From positions 1-64,000 of the IMG/VR virus record IMGVR_UViG_3300044946_000220: a DNA stretch of 64,000 nt; one strand, 5' to 3'. Source of the stretch: a virus. Below are positions 1 through 9,883 of this stretch, one piece after another (position 1 is the first letter of the stretch; every line of letters starts with the position of its first letter). The notes below the pieces were generated by a model, which saw nothing but the letters and a program-made list of their open reading frames with translations, did no database searches and was not told where the DNA came from. The position numbers were made by a program, and so were the translations under genes.

Positions 1-149
1 GTCGAGGAGTCGCCGCTGGACGCCGCCGTCGAGGAGTAGCCGCTGGACGCCGCCGTCGAGGAGTCGCCGCTGGACGCCGCCGTCGAGGAGTAGCCGCTGG
101 ACGCCGCCGTCGAGGAGTAGCCGCTGGACGCCGCCGTCGAGGAGTAGCC
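1..149. repeat. 27-bp coding tandem repeat, at least 5.5 copies
   Basis: gtcgaggagt(c/a)gccgctggacgccgcc at 1, 28, 55, 82, 109 and partial at 136; encodes G(Y/D)SSTAASS on the minus strand. Confidence 0.95.
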
Positions 150-638
150 CTCCTTTTTCTGCCAGGCATCGGCGCCCTCCATCGCCCGCGTCATGGCTTC
201 CGATCCGCACAACACGCGGATGGTGGCCTCGACGCGCGAGCCGGAAAACAGGACGTTGCCGCGCGGGAATTTCGACTTCTTCCCATCAATGTTCACGAGC
301 AGCGCCGTGTCGACCTCGACCACTTGCCAGACCGCGTCGTCTGCGGAGCTTAGAAGCGACCAGTCTCCGTTGCCCCACGGAAGGCCGTGAAGACCGTTGC
401 CGCAGACCGGCTTCGGGTCCCAGTCCGGACATTCCACCGGACCCTGACGCGGCCACTTCATGGAATACGTGCCGCCGCTTTCCGTTTTGCCCGTAGCCAC
501 CATGTCGGCTGGACAGGTGCGAAGGACGAGCGTTTTGTCCGTGGCGGCGACGGACGCTGGAGGCGCTGCTTTCTTCGCCACCACCGGCTTCTTCTTCATA
601 ACCTTCTTAGGCTTTGCCTTCAGCTTGCTCAACATCAT
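1..638 (-). CDS. Phage hypothetical protein with C-terminal Gly/Ser/Ala repeats (DUF7666-like), runs off the window edge
   Basis: Not in the ORF track because it is open at the edge. Manual translation from ATG 638: MMLSKLKAKPKK...LVLRTCPADM...WPRQGPVECPDWDPKPVCGNGLHGLPWGNGDWS...KSKFPRG, then (GYSSTAASS/GDSSTAASS)n. Confidence 0.7.
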   Translation of the reverse strand, partial: MMLSKLKAKPKKVMKKKPVVAKKAAPPASVAATDKTLVLRTCPADMVATGKTESGGTYSMKWPRQGPVECPDWDPKPVCGNGLHGLPWGNGDWSLLSSADDAVWQVVEVDTALLVNIDGKKSKFPRGNVLFSGSRVEATIRVLCGSEAMTRAMEGADAWQKKEGYSSTAASSGYSSTAASSGYSSTAASSGDSSTAASSGYSSTAASSGDSS

Positions 639-718
639 CCTTTCCAGCCCCCACCACGCCGAGCGGCCCTTCTTGCCGCCGTAGCTGGCGCGCCTTACGA
701 GTTGCGCTGCCGAGATCA

Positions 719-1009
719 TCACGCGTCCCAGTTGACCCCGAAGGCATTCTTTCGGTCAATCTTGCCGCCCACGTCCATCTGTCCGCCGCAGCCACCACAC
801 CTCTTTTGTTTGAGTACGGCAACCACCGCCTGTGGTCCTTCTCTCTTGGCAACTTGCATGACAAGCCCACGTCGGCACGTGGGGCGGTTCTTGCAAAACG
901 CCACCACACCCACGAACTTAGGACCCGGTCTGTACAGACCAAACGTAGCCACAGCCGCCGCGGCAGCGACAACTACGCCGGCATTTTGCAGGAACTCTCG
1001 CCTGTTCAC
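719..1009 (-). CDS. Small protein with twin-arginine (Tat)-like signal
   Basis: N-terminus MNRREFLQNAGVVVAAAAAVATFG: RRxFL followed by a hydrophobic stretch. Confidence 0.55.
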   Translation of the reverse strand: MNRREFLQNAGVVVAAAAAVATFGLYRPGPKFVGVVAFCKNRPTCRRGLVMQVAKREGPQAVVAVLKQKRCGGCGGQMDVGGKIDRKNAFGVNWDA

Positions 1010-1212
1010 GGCTTCAGCCTGCCAAGCGATTCGTACATGGCCCTGTCTCGCTCAGCCTTCAGCCCCTCGGCCTTCTCGTGCTCTGCCTCAACCGCCGATC
1101 TGGCAGCCACGCGAGTGATGAAGTAGTCGGCTCCTGAAATAAGCAGGATTGACGCAATTATGCCAACCGTCACGCGCTTGAGGATCAACAGCGTAAAGTC
1201 TCTTTCGTCCAT
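1006..1212 (-). CDS. Small membrane protein
   Basis: MDERDFTLLILKRVTVGIIASILLISGADYF; GAGGT RBS; stop overlaps the next start. Confidence 0.55.
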   Translation of the reverse strand: MDERDFTLLILKRVTVGIIASILLISGADYFITRVAARSAVEAEHEKAEGLKAERDRAMYESLGRLKP

Positions 1213-1259
1213 CTTTACCTCCCTTTCAATGTGGCCTGGCTCCCTGTACGAATCGACCA

Positions 1260-1799
1260 CTACCGCCCCCGCGGGTTCGCCGAGGCCGCTGTCAGTTCGT
1301 ACGTGGTGCCCCGCTTCTGCCCGAAGGTGCGCAGAACGCCGGTTTCCGTGCCGTGGGACAGCGCCTTCTTCAGGGCCGCCTTGGGCAGGTTCAGCTCCAG
1401 GTGCAGGTGCTCCGCGCGCATGGGCTCCTTGCGGGCGCTTAGCGTGGCCTGTACGCGCTCCAGATTTCGGTTGACAGCCTTGGGCGTCTTGCGCCCGGAA
1501 GTCGCTGTACGGCCCGCTTTCGTGCCACCGTTGGCCTTCTTGGCGTTGTTGGCCAGGGAACGGCGGTTGGCGGCGGTGATTCGGTTGTTGCGGTTGGTGT
1601 TATTTCCGATGCTGCCGTAATTGTTGGCGTTCAGCGTGTTCCCGATCGTCTCGTTGACCACATTCGTGATGTTTTCAGCCACTTGCTTTCCGACTTCTTC
1701 CAGCACGTTTCGCGTGAACGAGATCGCAAGGTCATTCAGCACGAACGAGAGCGTGTTGTTTTCGTTTGAATTGGCGTTGTTCTTGTTGTTGATCGTCAT
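1260..1799 (-). CDS. Asn-rich putative DNA-binding protein with C-terminal winged-helix-like domain
   Basis: GAGGAG RBS; MTINNKNN start; basic linker; C-terminal MRAEHLHLELNLPKAALKKAL...GQKRGTTY resembles myxobacterial nucleoid-type proteins. Confidence 0.6.
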   Translation of the reverse strand: MTINNKNNANSNENNTLSFVLNDLAISFTRNVLEEVGKQVAENITNVVNETIGNTLNANNYGSIGNNTNRNNRITAANRRSLANNAKKANGGTKAGRTATSGRKTPKAVNRNLERVQATLSARKEPMRAEHLHLELNLPKAALKKALSHGTETGVLRTFGQKRGTTYELTAASANPRGR

Positions 1800-1962
1800 G
1801 TCAATCTCCTCGTGATTTTGCGTTACGGTTACGGCGTGCCCACGGTTAGCATGTGCCAAGCGGACGTGCAAACCGCGACACACGCCCATACGGCCAGACA
1901 CGCGCAGCAGATTGCTAGCACTATCTTGCCAAACTTCTCCAGTTTTTCGTCTAGATCCATGG

Positions 1963-2385
1963 CTAAAACGGCAGCGGGTCTGAATCGTCCAGATCCGCGT
2001 GTTGCGGCTTCTGCGAAGTAGCCTCCGGCACCACGCTCTGCTGCCGGCTTTCGCCCTTGCTGCCGGTGAAAGACAGCTCGTTGACGCGCACGGTGTAGAA
2101 GCTCTTACTCGCGGCGCCCTCTCCCACCTTCTCCGCGCGAAGTCGGCCGCTGATAATGACGCCGGTGCCTTTCGTCATGAACTTCGCAAGAGCATCCGCC
2201 CGACGGCCAAAAAGTTCGGCTGCAAACCAATCTGTGCGCTCCTGCTTTGGTCCGTCTTTCTTGGCCCAAGTCTCGTTGACGGCGACACGCAGTTTGAGCA
2301 CGGTTTCTCCGTTGCCCATCACCTTCGTTTCGCCGTCCGCGCCGAGGCGTCCGGAAAGAACGATTACGTTGATGTCGCTGCTCAC
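1963..2385 (-). CDS. ssb: Single-stranded DNA-binding protein
   Basis: INVIVLSGRLGAD, ERTDWF, KGTGVIISGRL, acidic tail DDSDPLPF. Confidence 0.95.
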   Translation of the reverse strand: MSSDINVIVLSGRLGADGETKVMGNGETVLKLRVAVNETWAKKDGPKQERTDWFAAELFGRRADALAKFMTKGTGVIISGRLRAEKVGEGAASKSFYTVRVNELSFTGSKGESRQQSVVPEATSQKPQHADLDDSDPLPF

Positions 2386-2564
2386 GTGTTGTTCTTCCCG
2401 TGCGTGTTGCCGTAGCTAAGGGCGCACCACTCCACTATACGATTCTGAGCAACTGGCGTGAGCGTGTCCATCACCTTGGCGATCTTCTGCATGGCATTGG
2501 CGTCGGCCAGGTGCGCGGGAACCGTCTTCTTCGTGCGGGTCTTCTTGTTTTCGATAGTCGTCAT
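2382..2564 (-). CDS. Hypothetical protein
   Basis: 60-aa ORF coupled to ssb. Confidence 0.55.
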   Translation of the reverse strand: MTTIENKKTRTKKTVPAHLADANAMQKIAKVMDTLTPVAQNRIVEWCALSYGNTHGKNNT

Positions 2565-2571
2565 GTTGCCC

Positions 2572-3006
2572 TCAATCCTCGTAGGTTTCGTCTGTCAGGT
2601 AGTCATCTGTCGTTGGCGCCGGTTGCGCGTATTCGTCCGCTTCGGCCGCGGGAGGCTTCCATCCGGCCTTTATCTTGGCACTCCAGCCGCGGGCGCGGGC
2701 CGCGTCCTTCGCGCTTAGTGCGGCGTACTGCGATTTGCCTTCCTTTGGATGTTCCGCACTGTATTGCAACGCCTCTGCGTACATGTCCAGGAAGGCCGGC
2801 GGGCATTCGCTGAACTTCTTGTTCACGCAACTCACGCCGCGGTAGTTCTTGGGTGAAAAACGGACGATTGGGTTGCCTTTCGGTGAGGCCAGGTCCGCCT
2901 CGTCGGCTACCATCGGCACTGAGCTTACGGCTTTCGCCGCGATCAGCCCGTCCAGCTTCTTTTCCAGCCGCTGAATGCCGGCCAGGATGTCTTCGCCGAT
3001 GCCCAT
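2572..3006 (-). CDS. Phage hypothetical protein with acidic tail
   Basis: MGIGEDILAGIQRLEKK...FSECPPAFLDMYA...DAARARGW; lies in the recombination operon. Confidence 0.65.
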   Translation of the reverse strand: MGIGEDILAGIQRLEKKLDGLIAAKAVSSVPMVADEADLASPKGNPIVRFSPKNYRGVSCVNKKFSECPPAFLDMYAEALQYSAEHPKEGKSQYAALSAKDAARARGWSAKIKAGWKPPAAEADEYAQPAPTTDDYLTDETYED

Positions 3007-3727
3007 CAGCCCATTCCTCCCGTCGGCACCCAACGCAAGCTGTAGAACCGCTGCTGAAGCGAGGCTAGGGCGATGTCGCGGCGCTCTGCGGCATACCTTC
3101 TCCACGAACCGTCGTCGCCGCGCGGTTCACTTAGCAATGTAGCCTTTGTGCGCAACAGACCAACCAGGTAGTCGTCGTGCTTTTTGTTGATCGCTACCGT
3201 GTCGTCGTAAAATCGCCCGCACCTGTCCAGCTCCTCGTCCGAATGCTCGGCGACCGGCCTTAGGCACCAGCCGAGAAGGCAGGTGGACGCCGGTTTATGA
3301 TAACAGGCAACCGGCTGCACATGTTCCACGCGTCTGCAAAAACTCAGCGCGTACATGTTTTTTGGCCAACACTGCTGGAATTGCTTTAGTGATTCCTCCG
3401 CCTCGGAGCGGTTACCGTACTCCCTGCACTCAGCTCCGGTTACCACCAGATAGCACTGATCTCTGTAGCCAACATCGCCTGGCCGAGACATCGCAACGCC
3501 CCAGCACGTGCAGTCTCTGTCTTTGCGCTCATGCGTGCACGCCATCGCCCGCCTACCTTTCGTGACCAAGCATAACCGGCTTACCTTCCAAGACACTCCC
3601 ACTCCCGTAAAAGTACCCGCACTCCTTGCACGCAAAGCACTGCGCCTTGCAGTATTTGAATGAGTAGTACGGCTTCTTCTGGGCGCATGCAGAGCAAAGG
3701 CCAGACTTGCCGGACTTGAACGTGTGC

Positions 3728-4894
3728 TCACAGAACATCGGACGCTGCCTTCTTGCGTGGCTTTTTGAAGCCCTTCTGCGCCCCCTCCCGAACGGTGTCG
3801 ATCTGCACTGTCCGGTAACACGTCGCCAACTCGCCTGGCGTGATGCCCTTAGACTGCATAAGCGCGATTGCCTTGGCCTGCACGAAGGACTCTTTTGGAT
3901 ACGAGACGCGCCTAGCCTCCTTTCCGTTACCAAGCGGTAGCGCCTCCTCCATTGCCCGCATCTTGAGCGACTCCTCCACGCGGTCCAGGAGTGAGCGAAT
4001 CTGTCGCGCTTTAGCCCACGCTTTGCCCGCATCGTCAAGGCTCAGTGCGAAGATCCTGTCACGCAATTGCACGTCGGACAGGTTGGCCCCCAACGCGTCC
4101 ACTTCGGTTACCATGGCGCGCGCGAGGGCCACCTGCGAAGGGCACGAAGGCAGCGCACCGCAGTATTGACACCACTCGCCTGGGCTCACCGTTGGTACGC
4201 CTCCGGCAAGCCAAACGCGTCGTGCGGCCTGCACTTCGTCCATGGCCTGCTCCAGCTCCATAGCGAATGCGTCCAGCGTAAATCTGTCGTACACAGCCGA
4301 GTCAATGTGGACGGCGCCGCTTGGCGAAATGTACGCGATTCGCCCCTCCACTTCGTCGGCGCCAGACAGCCATAGTAATGCGCACCCGTAGGTTCGCAAT
4401 TGACTGTTCGTTTCGGCCGGCTCTACGCGCTGGAAACCAAACTTGGCGTCAAGCACTACCGGACGGCCCCCGTAACACTCGTCCACGCCATCAATATCTG
4501 AGCTTCCAGCGATCTCGTCCTTCGTGATATTGAAACGCGCGTAGTCCCTGCCGATGTTGGACCCCAGGAAACGCGCGCTCAGCTTGCGCGGGTTGATCGC
4601 GAAGGCCGACTCGCACCGGATGTTGGACAGGTCCGCCCCGAGTTTGCGGAAGTCGATGTTGCGCGCCGTTTCGCGGAACTCCTCTGGAAGGCGCTCCAGG
4701 GCCTGCTCGGCGGAGGTGCCGGTGAGGACGGAGCGGACGTATTCGTGCAGCGACGAGCCGCGATCAGAATCGTCGGTGCTGCGTTGGCTTTGAGGGAGCA
4801 CGACGTTGGCAGGGCACTGGACGAGGCGCGCGACTCCGGAGGCGCTGCCGTTGACAAGGCCTTCGTGGACTACCTCTGCGACTACCGCCTCCAC
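3728..4894 (-). CDS. PD-(D/E)XK (Cas4-like/DUF2800-type) exonuclease
   Basis: Early Cys (LVQCP), RGSSLHEY, GSSDIDG..VVLDAKFG, QLRTY, C-terminal PGEWCQYCGALPSCP Fe-S cysteines. Confidence 0.85.
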   Translation of the reverse strand: MEAVVAEVVHEGLVNGSASGVARLVQCPANVVLPQSQRSTDDSDRGSSLHEYVRSVLTGTSAEQALERLPEEFRETARNIDFRKLGADLSNIRCESAFAINPRKLSARFLGSNIGRDYARFNITKDEIAGSSDIDGVDECYGGRPVVLDAKFGFQRVEPAETNSQLRTYGCALLWLSGADEVEGRIAYISPSGAVHIDSAVYDRFTLDAFAMELEQAMDEVQAARRVWLAGGVPTVSPGEWCQYCGALPSCPSQVALARAMVTEVDALGANLSDVQLRDRIFALSLDDAGKAWAKARQIRSLLDRVEESLKMRAMEEALPLGNGKEARRVSYPKESFVQAKAIALMQSKGITPGELATCYRTVQIDTVREGAQKGFKKPRKKAASDVL

Positions 4895-5812
4895 TTACTG
4901 ACCCTGTCGCAAGTCGCTGCTACATTTCTTGTAGGCGGCCCGGATCGTATCGGCGTGCTCCTTGGGCGCCTCCTCGGCGAATCCAGTTATCATCGGAAGC
5001 AACGCCTTGAGCGCGTCCTGCGTTTGGCAGCCGGCGATGTTGTTGCAGATCAACGCGACTTCGCTGGCCCAGTCGCGGCTTTCCACGGCTTGGCTGGGCG
5101 GGCGTTGAGGCTGCGGCGCGATCTCTCCGCGAGCTTCGCGCTCCAGTCGATCCGCGCGGACATCTTCCATCTCTTCGGAGCTTGGCAGCCCCAACATCAG
5201 GTGCGGGGCCACGATGTCTGCCAACTGAGCGCTAGCGCGGGCCCTCAGCATGGCCGCTGGATGTTTCGCCCAGTTGGAGTTAGCCTTCGCTGCCTCGTCC
5301 TTGCCGCGGTTCAGAAGTTTTGCTTTGTCCGCCATGGCGATCGTGTATTTGAACTTGATCGCTGGGTCTCCAACACGTTTTGCCTCCCATTCGGATTCTT
5401 CGTCTGAAGTTGACAGGAGACGAAAATACTCCACCTCGTCGCGACGGCTCATGCACAGCGCCACCTTGGTCTTTGCCTTTAGTGACGGGCGCCCCTCAAT
5501 GACGTCGATCCCTTGCACGCTAGCGGTGGCCGGCATGCCTAGGCTGCGACCCGTTCTGATCCTAATCCAAGCGTCCTCTGGGGACTGGATCCCGCACATC
5601 CCGCTCTTGGCGAAACGTTGAGCCTCTTTCCATGCCTCTTCGTCCGTCGTGCTCTCCAGGGCATTACGCCAGATCTCCGTCTCCGTCATGATCGCTTCTA
5701 GAATGCCAGGATCGTGACGCGCCTCCTTCTTTGCGGGAGGCAACTCCCCACTCGCCGTCACCACCGTCTTCGTCTCCGCAATCGTCTGCCCCGGCACATT
5801 GCTCTGCGTCAT
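4895..5812 (-). CDS. RecT/Bet-like single-strand annealing protein
   Basis: GRSLGM..SVQGIDVIEGRPSL, YTIAMADKAKL, NWAKHPAAMLRARA, LMLGLPSSEEMED; adjacent to exonuclease and ssb. Confidence 0.8.
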   Translation of the reverse strand: MTQSNVPGQTIAETKTVVTASGELPPAKKEARHDPGILEAIMTETEIWRNALESTTDEEAWKEAQRFAKSGMCGIQSPEDAWIRIRTGRSLGMPATASVQGIDVIEGRPSLKAKTKVALCMSRRDEVEYFRLLSTSDEESEWEAKRVGDPAIKFKYTIAMADKAKLLNRGKDEAAKANSNWAKHPAAMLRARASAQLADIVAPHLMLGLPSSEEMEDVRADRLEREARGEIAPQPQRPPSQAVESRDWASEVALICNNIAGCQTQDALKALLPMITGFAEEAPKEHADTIRAAYKKCSSDLRQGQ

Positions 5813-5836
5813 GGACCCTCACCTTCTTTGTTGAGT

Positions 5837-5928
5837 CTCACCGCCCCGAGTCGCCACACCGATCGTCGCGCATTGCCGGAAGGGGGGTTACGGCAAAAAC
5901 GACCGATGTGGCGGCTCTGAGCGGCGAG
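5837..5928 (-). ncRNA. Long (~90 nt) hairpin in the leader of the recombination operon
   Basis: ctcgccgc..gagccgccacatcggtcgt..tgccg pairs with cggca..acgatcggtgtggcgactc..gcggtgag on the minus strand; begins just after the -10 box. Confidence 0.5.
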
Positions 5929-5934
5929 TCCCGA

Positions 5935-5963
5935 GTGATACTATTGTCGTGCGCTCAAGTCAA
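5935..5963 (-). promoter_or_regulatory. sigma70-type promoter
   Basis: cggTTGACT-17 nt-TATCAC on the minus strand. Confidence 0.6.
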
Positions 5964-5974
5964 CCGAAAAGCAC

Positions 5975-6235
5975 TCACAGTGCAACCCAAACGCACGCCT
6001 TCCTTCCGCTCCGAGTGGCCCTCTTCTCGTTGCTGACGATCTGGCCCATCTTTGCCATCTCATTGAAGCGCGCGCTCACCGTTTGGTGCGGCATATCGGT
6101 CACCACCTCGGCTTCGTCGCACGTGAGGCCGTTCGCGCCCGCCGCCTTGACGAGCTTGTGAAGCCTCTCCCGCATGCCTGGCGCCAGCTTCTCGATGGAG
6201 CGCTTGGCGGACATGGATGCATCCTTGGTAGTCAA
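5975..6235 (-). CDS. Small winged-helix DNA-binding protein
   Basis: GLTCDEAEVVTDMPHQTVSARFNEM..G.I...KRATRSGRKACVW. Confidence 0.75.
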   Translation of the reverse strand: MTTKDASMSAKRSIEKLAPGMRERLHKLVKAAGANGLTCDEAEVVTDMPHQTVSARFNEMAKMGQIVSNEKRATRSGRKACVWVAL

Positions 6236-6681
6236 AACGGGTACTGCATGGTGACCCGTTGGCCATTCATTTGTTCGGTGGTGACGAAATATCGAATCTT
6301 CTTGGCCACGCGCTTGGCCGTAGCGTTGATCCCTACTTCGGCATCTGGTATGAACAGATGTCGCGCCTCATCAACCGTTAGGGCAAACACAACCGTTGCG
6401 GCATATATAGATGGATCCGCGAATTCCGGACAGCTCCCGCCCACCAGCCCCACATAGCCGTAGTCGCCTTCGTTACACATACGCAGTCCTGCCTTGCGCA
6501 AGGACGGCAGCGTAGTCGCCCAACCAAGCGCGCATGCCACTGTCCCGCACGACAAGTCCTTCTTGCCTCCCCAGTCTCCGCCAACCCAGACGTCGTAGTT
6601 GAACCGCCCTCGCGGCAGCGACTCCAGCTTCTTGGCCAACAGAAGCAGCCTACGCATGCCAACTTTGCGTGTCGTTTTCAC
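6232..6681 (-). CDS. Phage hypothetical protein
   Basis: RRLLLLAKKLESLP..FNYDVW..CGTVACALGWA motif. Confidence 0.65.
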   Translation of the reverse strand: MKTTRKVGMRRLLLLAKKLESLPRGRFNYDVWVGGDWGGKKDLSCGTVACALGWATTLPSLRKAGLRMCNEGDYGYVGLVGGSCPEFADPSIYAATVVFALTVDEARHLFIPDAEVGINATAKRVAKKIRYFVTTEQMNGQRVTMQYPF

Positions 6682-7135
6682 TTCCCCTCCATGTTCTTGA
6701 GTTGCGTAGCCAGCGACTCCACCTCGGCGCGCACGTACGGCATTGTCCTGTAAGTCGCACCAATTTCGCGCCCAAGTGATGGCGAAATCGCCTCGTATCC
6801 TGGAGTGCGATCGCCCATATGCGCACAGTCGAACCCGAACCAAAATACGTCGTCAGGCATTCCGGGTTCCGGCACATGGCAAATGCTGCCACGACACTTC
6901 TCGGCGTACGTCAGGCCGCCGTGCACGGACACCTGCGGATCGTCGTAGTTCGCGCGTAGTGTGGATGCTTGCTGGGCACTCCCACGTACCCACACAGCGC
7001 ACCGCCGTGGTTGCGCACGATCATCCCGGCGTACCACGCCTTGGTCACCCAGTTGACCTTGTCAGGCTCGTCGTCCCAAGGCCCTTTCGGCCACCCGGTG
7101 CGATCGATCTTGTGTGCCTTCTCTTCTGTCGTCAT
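6678..7135 (-). pseudogene. Conserved phage protein split by a 1-nt frameshift near 6955
   Basis: N-half GPWDDEPD...ALCGYVGVPSKHPHY and C-half VHGGLTY...WFGFDCAH.GD...YVRAEVESLATQL are in different frames. Confidence 0.7.
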
Positions 7136-7346
7136 GGTCTCACCTTCCCTCCGCATCTCTCGCGAAACCGCCACAGCGCCTCAATGTCCCCCGTCATTAC
7201 CCAGCTCTGAAACAGGTACGCCGGCTTCATGAACGCGTCCACCAGGCTACCGCGCGCACACTTCATACAGTAGACGCGTGGGCACGCGTTTTCGTCGGTG
7301 CAAACCTTCACGCCTTCCACGGTTTCGGCGCAAACGCAGCACTTGG

Positions 7347-8045
7347 TCACGCGGCTCTCCTCGCCACCCAGCCCCTTGCCTCCATTACGGCCCTGTCCCA
7401 CTCCCTCGTCTCGGCGCGCCACCAACCGTGACCCTTTGCCTTTTTCATGCGCGTCATCTTGCCGCCACATGCCAGCATCATCTGTAATAGCGTCCTGTCT
7501 CCCATCCTGCGCGCTTTCGCCGCCGAATGAAGGTACTCTGACGCAAGCCACCGCTCCACGGCGTCGTCTACGTCGAACGATTCCACGATCATGCGCCTGC
7601 ACTTCGTCTGCCGCGTAGCGTGGTATGCCAGAATGATCTTGGCGTCCGCCCACGCTAGGATGTTGCGCAGCGAGGAGACAGCGTAGCCAGATCGCCTTGC
7701 CGCAGCCGTAATCGTTTCCCACCCCTCCGGTGCCCCCACCTTCAGGCCGATCTTCTCCGCCTTCCAGTGCACAGAAGCGCGCGATCTACGCAGGCGCGCG
7801 CAAAGCGTGTCCATCGGCTCCACACCCCAGTTGCTCCTCAGCCAGGAAGCTTCCTTGTCCGTCCAGTGCCTACGCTTCTTGAGGCCCATAGAGTAGGCCT
7901 TGCTGAGAATGGAGGACCTGCTGCGCCCGGGAAGCCGCTTGAGCATGGCCTTCATTCCCACCTTCAGGTAGGACGCGCGCATGACGCCCTTCTCCGTCTC
8001 AGTCCACGGTACGCTGTTGCAGAAAAGCTGACGCCCCATAGTCAT
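7347..8045 (-). CDS. Putative DNA-binding protein with two Myb-like repeats
   Basis: WTETE...LPGRSRSSILSKAYSMGL and WTDKE...LRRSRASVHWKAEKIGL. Confidence 0.65.
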   Translation of the reverse strand: MTMGRQLFCNSVPWTETEKGVMRASYLKVGMKAMLKRLPGRSRSSILSKAYSMGLKKRRHWTDKEASWLRSNWGVEPMDTLCARLRRSRASVHWKAEKIGLKVGAPEGWETITAAARRSGYAVSSLRNILAWADAKIILAYHATRQTKCRRMIVESFDVDDAVERWLASEYLHSAAKARRMGDRTLLQMMLACGGKMTRMKKAKGHGWWRAETREWDRAVMEARGWVARRAA

Positions 8046-8401
8046 CACACTCCCTTCAGGTACCTCTCGTTTCGTTGGGCTTCCTTCACTCGCCCGATGC
8101 CTGCAGAAACGGCGCGCAAAGACACGCCGGCCACGATCGCAATCTCTCCGTGGCTTGCACCTTCGCGAGCCAGGCGAAACCACTCCAAGTGCCTGTCGGA
8201 CGGCCTTTCAATACCCTTCGGCCCGCGGGTCACGTCAATCTCACGCACGCCGTGGCGCCACCAGCGCTTCTCCGACGACTCTCCGGTGTCCACCACCAGA
8301 ATGTCGCCACCCTTCTCTATGCGCACCACCCGGCCGATGACGCGCGTCTTTTTGTCAACTACACGCTCCCCAGGCTCCGGAATCCTTGTCGCGGCAGGCA
8401 T
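8045..8401 (-). CDS. HTH-containing hypothetical protein
   Basis: C-terminal GASHGEIAIVAGVSLRAVSAGI. Confidence 0.6.
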   Translation of the reverse strand: MPAATRIPEPGERVVDKKTRVIGRVVRIEKGGDILVVDTGESSEKRWWRHGVREIDVTRGPKGIERPSDRHLEWFRLAREGASHGEIAIVAGVSLRAVSAGIGRVKEAQRNERYLKGV

Positions 8402-8967
8402 CTTGTCCTCCTAAGCCGCGCACTAAAACACATGCCCGATGAGAACGCAAGTAAAGACTGTTCAGCGAGGCGAAAAGTTCCTCACCGCGGGCGGTTCTTC
8501 TCAACGAACTCCAGCAGTTCGTACAGCGCAGCCACGAGTGTGCCGTCCTCAATATAGAACGTTGGCACACCACCACGCATAGCTGCTGCGTTGTCAATGA
8601 GCTGCCCAAGTCGCTGTTCTGGAATTCTGCGCCACACCTGTAGCAATACGTCAACTACGTGCTGCTTCTCCTCGTTGGTGCTTGCCCGAACGATCCCACT
8701 GGCCCTGCGCATGATCACTCCTCCCAGATACTTACGCTAGGCGGCTGAATCCCGTCACCGGGCGTCAGATCAGACCATCCGTGATCGTACTCAGACTCGA
8801 CCAGCGCCCTCGTTCCGTCCAAGAAATCGATGACCGTTTCGCCGTCCCCGTCCTCAAATTGGACCACCGACTTGCCTTGGACCCACACGCACCACTCAGC
8901 CCATCCAATCGATTTCCAGGCCACTTTCGCCTCCTTCTAGCCTTCGCTAAGCCCTCCCTGTCGGAAG

Positions 8968-9390
8968 CTAGGGCCTCAATCTGGCCGCCTCTACCATGGT
9001 CTTGCATGCCCTGCACTGCCTCCCGCCGCTGCTTGGTATGATGTATGTGTTTTCAGCCGTAAATTCGTGGCCGCGCTTGCAGTGCGTCTGACGGCTAGAG
9101 AATTCTAGTGGCCTGCGGCCTTTCGCCCAGCTGTCCTCTAGGTTGTCTTTGTGCGTGCCCTCAAAGATGTGTCGCCAGTCCACGCATGGCGGGTTGTCGC
9201 ATTTGTGCAGGCCAAGAGGGAACGGCCAGCGACCGTGCTTCAGGAAGAATGCCACTCTATGCGCACCGCGGTGGTGGCCGTCAATCCAGAATAGGCCATA
9301 ACCACAATTATTTGTTGGTCCGGTCCAGATGAGGCACCCCGTTTTGTTGTCACGCCTCACCCGCGAAAAGAACCGCTCCTCTACCGTCAT
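8968..9390 (-). CDS. HNH homing endonuclease
   Basis: [40 protein letters not shown], plus [15 protein letters not shown]. Confidence 0.9.
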   Translation of the reverse strand: MTVEERFFSRVRRDNKTGCLIWTGPTNNCGYGLFWIDGHHRGAHRVAFFLKHGRWPFPLGLHKCDNPPCVDWRHIFEGTHKDNLEDSWAKGRRPLEFSSRQTHCKRGHEFTAENTYIIPSSGGRQCRACKTMVEAARLRP

Positions 9391-9577
9391 TCTGTTCACT
9401 CCGCCTTCCCTTTCTTGACGAACTCTTCGCACGCTGACGGCTCTACGCCGTGCACGTCGTCGCGGAATCGGCACCGCGCGCAGAATCGCATGGCGAACAC
9501 TGGGTCCTGTAGCCTTTTGCGTACCGCCAGGTCCAAGTCTTCGCAGAACTCGGCCTCGTCCTTCGCTGTCCACGGTC

Positions 9578-9883
9578 TCATCCGCACTCCCCATCAAACC
9601 CGCCGTCCTTGGCGCCAGCGGGGCGGACTTCGCGCGCGGCGACGGTCTTGCGGAGCGCGTCCAGTTCGTCCAGCAGCTCGGGCAGGGCGTTGATTGCCGA
9701 CATAATAAGCAGTGAGTCCGAGTGAGCCCGAGTCACGTCACCATGTCCGCAGAACGCAATACCGCCGCCGTTCTCGTCGCGCACTTCGCGCAACCAGTGT
9801 GCGTCACCGGATTTCGTCCGGGACCACGGCCCCGGCGTCGCTTCCGCCAACAACCTGCGCAGTTCCTTGGTGTCGACGGTCAT
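9578..9883 (-). CDS. Ead/Ea22-like phage protein
   Basis: [14 protein letters not shown]...[15 protein letters not shown]. Confidence 0.7.
   Translation of the reverse strand: MTVDTKELRRLLAEATPGPWSRTKSGDAHWLREVRDENGGGIAFCGHGDVTRAHSDSLLIMSAINALPELLDELDALRKTVAAREVRPAGAKDGGFDGECG

Noticed and set aside
1-149. CRISPR array
   Set aside because: Units are contiguous with no spacers, are a multiple of 3 and lie in an open frame.
1466-1478. cggTTGACA motif
   Set aside because: Inside a CDS, antisense, with no acceptable -10 box at 16-18 nt.
3728-4894. Cas4 of a CRISPR adaptation module
   Set aside because: Context (RecT-like, SSB) indicates a phage recombination exonuclease; no cas1/cas2.
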